A stretch of 63,842 bases of DNA, filler included, from Collodictyon triciliatum (taxonomy: Eukaryota), in assembly GCA_043381765.1 (NCBI GenBank). It is 23 parts of 23 records of this genome, joined end to end, with 100 filler letters (N's around TTAATTAATTAA, not from the genome) between each part and the next. Parts side by side here need not be neighbours in the genome. Positions count along the whole stretch, not along the records: positions 1 to 2,742 come from JBHJMP010008372.1; positions 2,843 to 5,584 come from JBHJMP010008373.1; positions 5,685 to 8,449 come from JBHJMP010008374.1; positions 8,550 to 11,283 come from JBHJMP010008375.1; positions 11,384 to 14,117 come from JBHJMP010008376.1; 18 more parts are not named here. One strand, given 5' to 3'. Positions within the stretch are counted from its first letter, which is position 1. Each line of letters begins with the position of its first letter. The notes below the pieces were generated by a model. That model had not been told where the DNA came from and ran no database searches. It was given only the letters and a program-made list of their open reading frames with translations. The translations under genes and the position numbers were made by a program. Positions 1 through 12,825 of this stretch are shown here, piece after piece.

Positions 1-1
1 T

Positions 2-93
<92 letters not shown>

Positions 94-94
94 T
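1..94. repeat. (TTTC)n microsatellite
   Basis: Perfect tetranucleotide tandem array at the window start. Confidence 0.95.
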
Positions 95-1740
95 GTTTAT
101 TTGTTTCTTCCCTTCTTTGTTTCTTTTTGGTATATATCCTTTATTAAGAATTGAATTACGGAATAATTTAACTTAAGCGCAACTGACTATCATCGTATGC
201 ACATCACAAAATGAAAAAGGGTCTTGCGCGAATGCTAGAAATATAGTGATGTCCGATCAACATGAATCATCGATGAAAATTTCACACTTAGGAAACTCTG
301 AGCCCGAAGTAAATGCGGCGTCTGAATCCCCTGATTCAGAGACGGGTTCGAGTGATAGCGACGCAGATGTGGGAAATCAAGTCCAATTATATTCATCTAT
401 TCACGAAATTCATGTATGTTAAAGATAAAAAAAATTAAGATTCTTTTGTGATTTTTTGATTTTTTGATTTTTTTGATTGTTTGATTTTTTGATTTTTTGA
501 TTGTTTGATTGTTTGATTGTTTGATTGTTTGGTTTTTGGTTTTTGGTTTTTGGTTTTTGGACTACAATATTTTCCATCTTACCAAACAGAAAGGCATAAC
601 CAAACCGATTTTCCCTTCTACTCAATCAAACCTATCGCGATGCCACTTATATATTTCTAAATATACTGGAAATATAGAAGTGACGCGTGATAATATTATA
701 AATAATATAAATTGACATAATTTACGAAACGCAGGGTTCCGAACAAAACTCAGATTGGTATCTCGTATTTGTATGGAGAACACTATTGGTTTGTTATAAA
801 TTGGACAATTTGATATCTATACATTTTCATCATTAAACGCTCTGGAAAAAAACAAGAACCTCCCGGTGTTTTATGCTATGAGGCAAGATGAACTGGTTGC
901 ATTTATTCGTATTTGAATCTCGTATTTAAAGGATAAATCAGTTGGTTCAGAACCCGCCGACTATGTCCTCGAGGTTTCATGCGGAACCCAAAAGTTTACA
1001 TCATATATCGCATTTAATACTCAGGTTTTTCATCTACAAGCTGATTGAATATCAAATATATGTGATACATTTTTTGATTGCGACAAAAAAACAAAAACAC
1101 TCATTTACATCCTTCATATTACTGGCTACTAATAACTCTAACGACAGTCCCCAATTCTTTGGAATATGCCTTTCAAGTTCCAAAAGACAGCAGATGAATT
1201 TACTTTGACTGTTAAACGCATTGCACACGAACAAGCAGACGCCAAGGATTCCAAACATATGAATGAGACTGATAAACTGACTGCTGGGGTGAAGAGATTA
1301 CCATTTACGCAATTGGGTGAGCTTTCATCCCAGCTCGTTACCGCGTCCGGTACTCCATTATGTCGAATTATGTTTAGTCTCAACAAGACAAAAAATATAC
1401 CGTGAGTCACAACCTGCTAAAAGAAGGCCTTCATATGGTGCTCGTTCGGGGCTTCAATAAATGCAATCTTCTGAACTTACCGAGCCTTTCGCTTATTTTT
1501 CTTTTCTTGTCTTGTCTTGTCTTGTCTTTTCTTTTCTTTTCTTTTCTTTTCTTTTCTTTTCTCTTGCTCTCCTGGTTTTCAATTTCAGTTTGTATTTTTT
1601 TCATTCACTGATTTATTCGAGAATATATTAAGACAACGTTTCTTTGTTTATTTATTTATTTGGTGAAGAAAAAGAGAAGGAGGAAAGAGGTATGCATGCG
1701 GTTCTTGTAAAGATTCAGGATTATCCTGAGTGAATGAAAG

Positions 1741-2670
1741 CTACGAACGAGACCCATGCTGCTTCTTTTCGTGGTATTCTTCCTGCTTCATGCGGAGAAA
1801 CAGCTCCAGCTCATCCTCGTCGTCATCATACACAAGGCCCTGCGTCTCGTCATCCGCGCCATCCTTCTCGCTCTGCGACTCAGCGGCACCCACCTTTTCA
1901 TCCGCGCTATGCAGAGCACCTCTTGTTTCAGACAAAGCGGCTGAGTCATGCTGGCCTCGCCCTCGAGAGTCCCGTGATTCGGTATCGGTCGCCTTTGAGA
2001 AATAGCGAGACTCATCCGCCCTATCTGCGGCTATGCTCGGGCGCGAGTCAACAAGCTTCGATATCAAATCAAATGCATCCAACTCGTCCTGATGCGTCAG
2101 TGTTGTGCCACTCTCTTGTGTCTCATCCTCTTCGTCAGCCTCATTCATTCCTTTGTTCGTTGCTCCGTCATCTTGTTCGGCGTCTTCGGCATCAAATGGT
2201 GTATGAGAAGCGTCCTCTCTCTCTTGCTCTTCGTCCTCCTTATCGCCGTTGAATCCAAACACATAGGCCAAGTCCTTTTCAAGCCGCGCCTTTGCTGAAG
2301 GCTTCTGCTTGCCATATCCTGTGTTTTCTGGGGTTTTGCCGCTGCTTCGGTCGCCGTGAAAGCGCTTGGCTGGTGGATCTGTTTTGGCGCATGTGCTGTT
2401 GTGACTGAAACAAAAAAGCAGAAAACAGGACGAGGACAGAGTTTGCATACAGCTTGCGAGCAAAAGATTAATAACTCGAACCTGGTTTTGTTGGCCACCA
2501 TCGGTCGCTCATGACGGGCGCTGCTTTCTGTCTCTTGGGTCTTGAATCCTGTGTGGATATTGTTTTTTCCGTCTTTTTGCTTCCTTTTTCTTTTCGTTAA
2601 CGTGTTGTTGGAAATGCTCTTAAAGGATCGTTGCAGCGTGAGAATGATCGCATTATCTTGCTCCGCTGGT
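1741..2670 (-). CDS. Hypothetical acidic, low-complexity protein, 3' part (probably spliced)
   Basis: 240-aa D/E-rich ORF (1741-2463) with GC above the flanks; an open upstream frame to ~2670 with a plausible GT..TTTCAG intron; no recognisable domain. Confidence 0.45.
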
Positions 2671-2742
2671 TACCAAAAAAACAATATCAAAGTGGGAAAA
2701 TGACAATTAAACCAAGTATTAAAAAAAAAAAAAAAAAAAAAA

Positions 2743-2842
2743 NNNNNNNNNNNNNNNNNNNNNNNNNNNNNNNNNNNNNNNNNNNNTTAATTAATTAANN
2801 NNNNNNNNNNNNNNNNNNNNNNNNNNNNNNNNNNNNNNNNNN
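2743..2842. other. Artificial contig spacer (44N-TTAATTAATTAA-44N); first of 22
   Basis: The same spacer recurs about every 2.83 kb; TTAATTAATTAA places stops in all six frames. Confidence 0.98.
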
Positions 2843-3063
2843 CCCACAGCATATCCAACCAATGCTACCCACACAACCAATCAACCAGTTGGGACGCCCA
2901 CCTGACCAGCTCGCTATCACTGATTTCTTTCCAGTGCTACCCTCTCCACGGCAGTGTCTTCTCCTACTCGCGTTTGCTCTCTCCCATGCGCTCCCATCCC
3001 GCCCCTTTGTATGGCATAACCCCGCTACACTTTGAATCGAATAAAGGAAAAAAAATAAAAAAC
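2843..3063 (+). mobile_element. Non-LTR retrotransposon family A, 3' end (ORF2 C-terminus, 3' UTR, A-tail)
   Basis: Aligns by eye with 6886-7082 at high identity; ends in TTTGAATCGAATAAAGG followed by an A-run. Confidence 0.85.
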
Positions 3064-4714
3064 TGATACCGATTTCTTAACACCAATTAGACAACCTAAA
3101 ATCAAGCATGTGTTCCTATTTAAACTCGGTAGCTCTCGAGAATATTAGCTTTTCCATTTATGCATCGGAATTATCATTCAGCATATCAATTTATTGTATT
3201 ATTTTTTATTTAATTTACGTAGCACGCCTAATTTCTTATGAAATGCTTCTCACTCTTATTGTTTTGCATTAAATATTTAATTTCCCCAAAAAAATACTGA
3301 ATCAAATTTACTATTTAAATGTTTGGCTAACATATTGCTACCAATATTTGTAAACTTTCTTTTCCATATGCTGGTTGGATAATCAAACGAGGACTATGAG
3401 GGTTTCGACTGCAAGTATAATACCTGTGTAGGATTTTCATAGTTGAATTTAATGATCGCGGTATATTGTTAATCTGTTAACGTTTGTGCAGTAAAGATGA
3501 CACAGATATAAAGAACATAACCCGAAGAAATCCTTTTTTAAAATAAAATACGAGGTTGACCAATCGTTTTCTAATCGTAAGATAATTTCACGCATCGACT
3601 AAATTTAATCGATGTAGAGAGCATGCCCCTTTGGATTATCTGAAAAATGATCTTTGGAGCTAATTGCCCATTTCTTAGATTTACTATCAAACTTGATTTC
3701 TATTCGATGGTGTATTACATTTAAAATCGTTAAATTACAATTCACTCATAGCTATCCACCATCACCCAAAGCGCTGGACGATGAACAGCCGAAGCTAAAA
3801 TATGGATTCTGTTTTAAAATATGATGTTGCTTCGTCTACGGTACCATACTTAAAAATAATGTAATATTTATAAAAAAAATCATCAATTAAGCCTTAAACC
3901 ACTTGCTTTTTTTAAATGTCAGTTTGTGGTCGTATGTTTCCCCCCTCAAAATGAAAACACAAGGTCTAATGTCCCACCCATAGCAAGCAAACATGGTCTT
4001 TTAATAGCTGTGATTCTGTGTGTCGCTTGAGACATATGAATGGAGTAAAAAGATGCAATTTTCAATCTATCTAATTTCATATCTGCTCCACATTCGACAT
4101 AAATAAGTAATGAAACATATGACTATCTTTTCAATATATCGCTTACTTACGACGTTATTTATGTGAACATTATTTACCTGCCGTATGCATGAGTAGTTGA
4201 TACTGAGGGATGCGTGTGTTTCTATATGCAAAGTGGTATCCATTGAACCAAACACTTATCTGCATTAACGGTATTATGGATGAAATATTAATGGAAACTC
4301 TGGCCTACATATAGGCTTCATTTTATTTATATGAGTAGAATGAGTGAAGGGTGCTTCAAAAATTTTTTAAAATGGAATGATGAAGCCGGAATAATCAGGA
4401 TATACCGAGATAATATATAGCTATGATTTTGATTAGATATAAATACCTATTAAAGACGCAACCGCTAACAAACTGTATTTTCATTCAATTTTTATATGCT
4501 CATTCTTCAAAGAATATATTTCGATATATATCACAGCTTATGACTTGGTTTAGAATAAATATGTAGCAAGACAACCAGACTTGATTTGATGAATCATTCT
4601 CCATGCTGATATTTTATTATGCGAGCCTTTTTTTTTTTTCAATTTGGAGATAAAATCTCATTTTTTTAAATATTTTCAATTTAATTTGAATTGTGCAATA
4701 TTAGGTGATTTTGG

Positions 4715-5256
4715 ATTTGATTTGCTGCCATTGGTTGCACGGACGCTCCTTGGTGGCCGAGAGTCAGAGAAGTTGGTCATCAGGAATTGCATCCTGCGGT
4801 TCGGTCTGTAGCCTGAGTCTTGTGCTTGCATGATAGATACAAGGCGAGGTTTAACATCCTTCTCTGCTTCTTTCGCATGTCTCTCCTCATATGATCTGAG
4901 TAATGTAGGAAGTGCAGATGGTGAAGTAAGATGTTGAGGAAAGAGATTTGCATGATGTCATTCAGCCTGTTATCAGGAATGGGAGGCTGGTTGTTGAGTC
5001 TTGCTTTGTGTGAGTATATGCGTGCTATCCACATAGCCCATAGCAAATGGCCTCGCGTCACTGCCCAGATTGTTTTTGCATCTGGACGCAGCTGTCGCAG
5101 AGACCCAAACATCGCATGGATTGGGCCAACAGCTGCAGCTGTCTTGAGTGTCAGTCGAAAAATCTCACCGGCTGTTTTGCGCAGGTTTTGAGCGAAGGGA
5201 CATTGCAAAAATGTGTGCTCGATGGATTCATCACTTTGTATCTGACGATTGTGCAT
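4715..5256 (-). mobile_element. Non-LTR retrotransposon family B fragment (zf-RVT C-terminal region)
   Basis: DESIEHTFLQCPFAQ zinc-knuckle motif and LLWAMWIAR, typical of the L1/Tx1 ORF2 C-terminus; homologous to 7190-7720. Confidence 0.8.
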
Positions 5257-5492
5257 ATTTCATGATAATTAACCCAATAAGATGACGTAAGAAATGTGAT
5301 TATGACGGAAGAATTGCTCTGAATCGAATAAAGGGGTATAAATGACGGAGGGACTGTTGAAAACGGGTTCTAAGCGTCTGACAACCCTGCATGAAATTTT
5401 GGTATGGTATAGCGAACAATCTTAGGGATTAATGAACTGTATCCAAGTGCAAATGTTTTGAGGGACTTTCCGGTCCTCTGTATTTCTTTGAT

Positions 5493-5544
<52 letters not shown>

Positions 5545-5684
5545 TTTTTTTTTTTTTTTTATTTTTTTTTTTTATAATTTTAATNNNNNNNNNNNNNNNN
5601 NNNNNNNNNNNNNNNNNNNNNNNNNNNNTTAATTAATTAANNNNNNNNNNNNNNNNNNNNNNNNNNNNNNNNNNNNNNNNNNNN

Positions 5685-7082
5685 CGGAGGGAGGACTGGG
5701 ACTCATAACGCCTGGCATTGCATGGACATCACTCACGATGAGATGGTGGACAGATATGCTTACCCATCCGAAAGGATTCTGGCAGCGTGGAATGTGGCAA
5801 CTTATCCACCGCTTATGCCCGAACTTCAAGGCACAGCTCTGTGAGAACAGAATCTCATCATCACCTCCGCCAAACACGCACGAGCCGATACTAGCGCGAT
5901 GGAAGGTTCTGTATGAAAACTGTGAAATGTGCGAGTCCACCCAACTACATGCTGTTACAGGACAACTTTTCTGGGATAGAGCAAAAGGCTTCTGTATCAT
6001 CAAGTCGAGAGAAGGAAGCAGCTCCTTCATCCTGCAACAAGTCGCTTTCCAAAAAGATGGGAGCTTCGCACCGTCGAAAAATGCAACGATATTTCACTCC
6101 TCGAATGCAACCCCAACCACAGCCGTCCTGAATGACAAAGGAGAATGGCGCTCACGACGTCCCATCTCATACGGAGCACCGTCGCCATTTTTCTTTCGCC
6201 TGAAGAACCTAAGGCGGTCCATTACGCCTGATTCTCCACAATTCTCGGTGGCCATGGCGTACTCCAAGCTGTTTCGATATAAAATCATCAGTCCGAATCC
6301 CTAAAAACCGGAGAAGATGAGTTTTTGGGCCGAAACTATAGGAGTTACAGACCCGCCGATAGTCAAAAGCTGGAAGCAAGCCCGTATACCTCAGCTACTC
6401 CCGAAACATCGCGCCATACTGCTCTATCTCTCCAACAGAAAGCTGTGGATAGGTGCGCGCGTAGTCCATGCAGCAACGACCTCCCTAGAATGCACCATGT
6501 GCCATAGCGGAGATGAGTCTATCGAACACACATTTGTTAAGTGCTCTCTTGCTCAAAAAGTGACATAGTCTACCCACAAGATGCTTTCTTAGCTTGATTT
6601 TGATCCCAACTGACTCAGCGCGTCTGACATCCTGTTTGGCCCACAATACCAAATGACCCACGACTCTAGAATACTCTGGGCAGTCACAAGGGGACATATG
6701 CTGTGGGCCTTATGGAGTGTGCGTGCATTCTCTCGCTCCAATGAGTCAAACGAGAAATCAATGTATCCAGTCCGGAAAGCCTCGTGCAATACAGCTTCCT
6801 GAACAGCCTGCTGAAGCACACCTGCATTATTCGCTACTCTAACCGCAAGCGGAGAGAGATGTGGGAATGTGTCCTGCGATATTTCCCACAGCATATCCAA
6901 CCCCTGCTACCCACGCTACCAATCAACCAGTTGGGTCGCCCACCTGACCAACTCGCTATCACTGACTTCTTTCCAGTGCTACCCTCTCCACGGTAGTGTC
7001 TTCCCCAACTCGCGTTTGCTCTCTTCCATGGGCTCCCATCTCGCCTCTTCGTATGGCATAACCTCGCTGCACTTTGAATCGA
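5685..7082 (+). mobile_element. Degenerate non-LTR retrotransposon family A, ORF2 3' part with zf-RVT
   Basis: CTMCHSGDESIEHTFVKCSLAQKV (C-x2-C-x8-H-x4-C) and LWALWSVR; in-frame stops at ~6302 and ~6566 and frameshifts; 3' UTR shared with 2843-3063. Confidence 0.85.
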
Positions 7083-7189
7083 TTGAATTATGGAGAGAAT
7101 ATGACCAGTCTTATTACTTAAGCACTAATAGCGAAGCTTTGGATAGACACACGCGTGTTAAATAAGCTAGCAAAATCATCCAATAAGGC

Positions 7190-7720
7190 ACACTTTTGCA
7201 GCAACGGTGATGAATCCATTGAGCACACATCTTGCAATGTCCCTTCGCTCAAAACCTGCGCAAACCAGCCGGTGAGATTCTTCGACTGACACTCAAGACG
7301 GCTGCAACTGTTGGCCCAATCCAGGCGACATTCGGGCCTCTGCAACAACCGCGTCTAGATGCAAAAACATTCCAGGCAGTGGCGCGAGGCCATTTGCTAT
7401 GGACTATGTGGACAACACGCATATACTCACACAAATCAAGACTCAACAACCAGCCACCCATTCCTGGTAATAGAGATAATGACATCATACAAATCTTTTT
7501 CCTCTATAGCTTTCTTCGCCACCTGCACGTTCTCTATTACTCAGACCCTGTGAGAAGAGACATGTGGAGAGGGACTGAGAAAGAGATTAAAGCTCGCCTG
7601 GTTTCCCTCATGCAAGCACAAGACCCAGGCTACAGGCCAAACCGCAGGATGCAATTCCTGATTAAGGACTACATCTCCGCCACCTGGCCACGAAGTAAAT
7701 GCCATGCAATCGGCAATGAA
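7190..7720 (+). mobile_element. Non-LTR retrotransposon family B fragment, second copy
   Basis: GDESIEH..QCPFAQNLRKPAGEILRLTLK; clear nucleotide homology to the reverse complement of 4715-5256. Confidence 0.8.
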
Positions 7721-8194
7721 ATTACCAATGCGAGCATCACCGTCATGAAGATAAAATATCGGTGATTTTCCTGTGACTTGGGCTGACCTCTTGAACGACT
7801 ACATTACCCTCATGAACCAGGATGCGAAATGGGTTGTATGGAATTGTGCTCATTAATTGCTGTATACATATACTGATGAAGGTATCAAAATTTCAGAAAT
7901 TTACAGATTTCAAAAATTCACACAAAAATTTAATATGACCTAATAGACACTGTCCAACCCCCTGGGCGCCTTGGTGGGCGAGTACTATACCTCTAAAACC
8001 TACCAGACACGGTGGTAGTTGGAAATTATGTGCACAACAGAATTGTCATTAGACATGTCCTTTCTTGAAATTTCATAATCCAAGAAATTGACTTCGGCTA
8101 CATGCAACTTTGTAGGAAAGACTCGTAATTTGCGAACTCACGTAGAAATCATATCGGCCAGCTAAGACTTGGCGATTGACTATTGAAAACGTAA

Positions 8195-8449
8195 ATGAGG
8201 TCGTTAGTGCAGCTTCTTGTGTTCCTTTTTGCAGTGTGTGTGATTGGTCCTAGTATAAGGTTCAGATCATCAATAGAAAGCAATAATATGACCAAAGGGG
8301 AAATACCCGAAGTAGAAAATGTCAAGTCACTAAGCATGGACTATTCTAGTGTTAATATGGAAGACAGGTACAGTGCAGTTGATCTTCGACTTCCGAGACT
8401 TAGTGATGACCAACTTTTAGACTTGATAAGAGGATGTAAACCGGAGCGT
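8195..8449 (+). CDS. Partial putative secreted or type II membrane protein
   Basis: ATG followed by a hydrophobic N-terminus (MRSLVQLLVFLFAVCVIG); frame open to the contig end. Confidence 0.35.
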
Positions 8450-11383
8450 NNNNNNNNNNNNNNNNNNNNNNNNNNNNNNNNNNNNNNNNNNNNTTAATTA
8501 ATTAANNNNNNNNNNNNNNNNNNNNNNNNNNNNNNNNNNNNNNNNNNNNGAAAAAGGAAAAAAAGAAAAAAGAAAAAAGAAAAAAGAAAAAAGAAAAAAG
8601 AAAAAAGAAAAAAGAAAAAAGAAAAAAGAAAAAAGAAAAAAGAAAAAAGAAAAAAGAAAAAAGAAAAAAGAAAAATAAAAGAAATTTGATAGAAACATCT
8701 GATTTGACAAAAAAGCTTGATAATTTTTGTTTTACATTGTGTTCTTTTCCAGACCCCTGCCTGCCAGAAGTCGCGCAAAGGAAGCGTTGGGCGTGCCTCA
8801 CCAAATGGTTGTGCGGGTTACCTCTGTTCAGAACGGAAGCGAAGGGAACAAGCCAGCGACTGTGCCGGCCGATGAAGAGGGGAGAGACCTTGATTAGACT
8901 CGTGCATACCGACTGCGTACACAGGATAAGAAGGAACCGAAGAATAAAACAAAAGGACTTCCTTTCGTTTGCGAAACGACTTCGGCTCCAGCAAGAAAGA
9001 GCCAGATGTTCAGCGCTTTTCCGCAACGATCCTCGCCTCGACTTTTTCACCCTCTTTCCACCCTCGCGAAAACTCCGAAACCAGCATAATTCCATATATG
9101 TATATATTGACATAAAGAACCCACACTGATTTTATTGTAATTGATAGAGCAATTTATATTATCTCATTGTCACTATGGAAGACCAGGAAAGTGTGTGCCA
9201 TGTTGGAGTGATACTTCCTTAAAATACCCAACAAAGATGAGCATCTCCTTGGATTCCTGGACGTCGCGGCGAATTGATTCAAATTGAAAATTTTGTGAAA
9301 CGGTCCGTAAGGGCACTGGTGGAAACACTAGTTTCGCATTGAGCCTGGCAGCGTCCCGTTTGGGATGTCGCTATGGGGTAGATGTTACATCACCTGACGC
9401 AATCACGCCTCTCCTACCTTTTTTGGTTTTATGCTTCTCCTTTTTCTTTATTTCTTTTTTTTATTTTTCTTGAATGCTGTAAGCAAGTGAGGGGTTTCTC
9501 TGTGTATTATTGCTCACCCATTCCCGTTTCCTCAGAGAAAAACTTCAAAGCCTCTTCCGGCTAACATATCGAGATAGATAAAACGCATTAAATGCTCAGG
9601 AAAACAAAATTACTCGGGCGTTCACAAGGCAGATATCACACCACAACGATTTCGGCGTTTGGGTATTCTTATTGGCGTACGATTGCTTCACCCCTTCATT
9701 CAATATCAGGTTCATCGAGCTTAAGACGCGCTAAGAGGCGGATAAAGTCTGCAAGGTTATAAGCGAATGTGTCGAAGAGACTGAATGGGAGGGGAAAGCA
9801 CAGCTGTTCAAAAGTAAGCGGAGGGATTTTGTTCAGAAATAAACACAACTGTTTGATTCACTACACAAATGGCAAAGACAGCCCTTGTGAACAGGACATA
9901 TGATGGGAAGCATCTCATATATCCCTTTGCTTGTGGCAGAGTAATCACAAATACAGGTGTTCCTCGGCAGTATCTTATAAGCTGCATCACATCCGGCTTT
10001 CTAGCGTATATGGATTGATTTCTTGTACGATAGACGTGCTGGGGTTCAAAGAAAGGAAAACAAAATCCACAAGGATTTTAACATATCCTCTGCGGCTGTC
10101 CAGAGTATTTTGTAGTCGCGGGGCATTTAGGTATCGTAGGCCGGATATTATAACAGATGTGCATATGGGCGGCTAGGAGCACAGCAAATCTCTGATATAA
10201 AATCTGTGAACGGATTCTGTTACTTCTGGGGTAGGAGAGGCCTTGATATATGCATGCTCGATATTGTTTTCTTGTTTTTTTTTATTTGTATGCAAAAGTA
10301 TTCTATGTGCACAGTCGAGTATATACGCAATTAATATTTGACATGGGTTTACTTGTGTTTCATAAAAAAAGAATCTCACGAAGCTGTACAATATATATCA
10401 ACTGTAATCTTTATAGAGTATGTATTTATGATGCGTAATCACACATAACTACATTCAACATTCATCATCAATAAAAGCCTAATTTTCGATAAACTCGAAA
10501 CCAAAAAAACGTACATTACTTAAATAACATAGAGTAATTAACAGAGGACAATAAAAATGAAGATTTCAGATATAATTTTTAGACGGGAGTTGAAAAAAAT
10601 AAACAATTGCTTAAATTACATAATATGATTTTTTCTATGAATCATATTCGAAATTGGCGGTGCGGTTGGCTGTATACAGACAAAGAAAGAAAACGTTAAT
10701 CATCTATCATAGATACTACCATCGTTAATTCATCCGCCTCCGAGGGGAACTTCGGCCTTGAATCGAATCCAGGTCAGGGCCCCTGGTACTTGCAGCTCTT
10801 AAGAGTTGTAACTATTCTCGAACTTCATGGGTGCATTGTGATGAGCCATGAACCCAGCTTCCGTACCAAGCTGACCTGTACTCGAATCCGACACGTGTCA
10901 CTGCTTTACACAGAGATGTAACAACTACATTGGACTCTAGAAAAAAAATAAAAAACCTCCCTTCCCATGAATAAAATAAAGGAAAATAAACATCTGCGCA
11001 AATCATGACTAAAATATAAATATAAATGTAAAAAATCTTGAGCTGTTAGCTTATATGAAAGTGATGTGCCCCTAGGTACAGGCGGTTTCCATGGATTTGC
11101 TTTCTATAGATATAACTGTAGAAAAAAAGAAACCAAATCAAGTCACGCATAAATAAACACCAATTGACAAAGGGGCGGATTATATCGACAAACAACCTTG
11201 AGCTTTGTGCTAAAAACAAAAAACAAAAAACAAAAAACAAAAAACAAAAAACAAAAAACAAAAAACAAAAAACAAAAAACAAANNNNNNNNNNNNNNNNN
11301 NNNNNNNNNNNNNNNNNNNNNNNNNNNTTAATTAATTAANNNNNNNNNNNNNNNNNNNNNNNNNNNNNNNNNNNNNNNNNNNN

Positions 11384-12311
11384 TGACCGCAACTCCTTCG
11401 CGAGGAGCTGAATCCGTTCAGACCGACCCACGTGGAGATCAAAAAGGACAAAGGTTTCTTCACAGACACGGCCGTGGTGAAGCTACTTTGCCTCAAGAAC
11501 CAGCTCCCTGCAAAGTTTACGGTCATGGGTAAAAAAGTGTCCAAAGCGCATCCTCAAAGAGCGTCCGCCAGCCGCGAACAACGAACGAAAAGTAAAAGCC
11601 CCGCAAAAGAATACATCCGCCAAGCAGACAAGCAGCAACTGGGTCAAGGAAGCCAAGGCCAGGCAACAACTGAGTCCGCAAGACTCACAGCAGATACGCG
11701 CATACAGCGACAGCGACAGCGACGATGACATGGAAGGAAATCTCGGTTCCTCTTCAGAATCCTCGCACTCGAGCCCTCCAACGCCAACACCGGACAAGCC
11801 CACACATCGCAAGACCCAAGAGCAGCACATCTCCAAACCCCGAAAGAAATACCCCTTAAACTACCTTTCAGACTGACGTGAATATGGTTGGCATAGGAGG
11901 CCTCAAGTTAGTCTTCGTTACATATCCGAAAGGATATTCCAAAGCGAAGGCATCACAAGAACCAGCGCCCACCAAAGATAGTCCGTTTATCCTGCTCCAG
12001 CCCGTCGCACCGAGAACCAAGGAGCAAGAGCAAACATTACTAGTCGAATCCAAGCTTGGAACTCCACATACACTAAAGACAGTCCGAGCAAGCAGGAGCG
12101 TATGTTTCTAAAACCACAAACGCATAGCCATACTCCGGTTAAGCAAAGTCCACTGCCGGCTACGCATGGTTCCAAAACCAGGGGACGGTCAAGCGCCACT
12201 TCCGATAATACCAGACAAACAACGATGTATCGCTTTTTGTCAGAGTCGCCCAGCAAGAAATGCAGGGAAAGTGACCCGTTGTCTCCTCAAAAGACTCATC
12301 CAGTGGAATGA
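11384..12311 (+). mobile_element. Possible degenerate non-LTR ORF1 (gag-like) remnant
   Basis: LLREELNPFRPTHVEIKKDKGFFTDTAVVKL..LPAKFTVMG resembles the ORF1 RRM region; followed by a broken S/P/T/K-rich tail; elevated GC. Confidence 0.3.
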
Positions 12312-12825
12312 AATAGGATGTAAACCCTGTCTGAGATAGATGGTTGAAAGGACTTGTCGGAATCGATTTGAGAAGTAACTGTCATGTGCGTACTTTCATC
12401 GACCCGACAACTTTATCCGCTCTTCTGTCAGTCTCGAATACAACCAGAAATCACGTTGAGATCAACCTTGGGTAGAATAGTCTGCGTGTGAGAACACTTT
12501 CTCTCCTTTCTATATTCTTTTTCTTTTTCTTTCCACCCAAAACACAAAACCTCCAACCACACAATCTGGGTTTTCCCACTGTCTTGTCCACAGCTCATTT
12601 TTTGTCCTAGAGGTGAAGGCGGTTTCCTCACCTTTTTTTCTTTCTTTTCTGAATAAGTGGACTGTAGATAACAACAGATAGAATACCAAGATTCGTCCTG
12701 GACGGACTCAACATGCCGAGCAAGACGTTCGCGTATGGCCTGAGCATTGTGGAGGTACCACAACTAGGAGAAGTAGCAACAAAGACTTCAATCACATTTC
12801 AGCCCACCACAAATGGTTAATTATC

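Noticed and set aside
2787-2798. Recurrent TTAATTAATTAA palindrome with ~2.83-kb periodicity, as a CRISPR-like or biological repeat
   Set aside because: Always embedded in fixed N-runs; an assembly linker
6302-6592. In-frame TAA/TAG codons in the LINE ORF and Sel1 tail, as evidence of stop-codon reassignment
   Set aside because: Long intact ORFs contain no TAA/TAG, and real genes end in TAA, TAG or TGA; pseudogene decay explains the stops
10740-10755. Resemblance to the LSU rRNA motif CCGAAGTTTCCCTCAGG
   Set aside because: Short imperfect match with no flanking rRNA similarity
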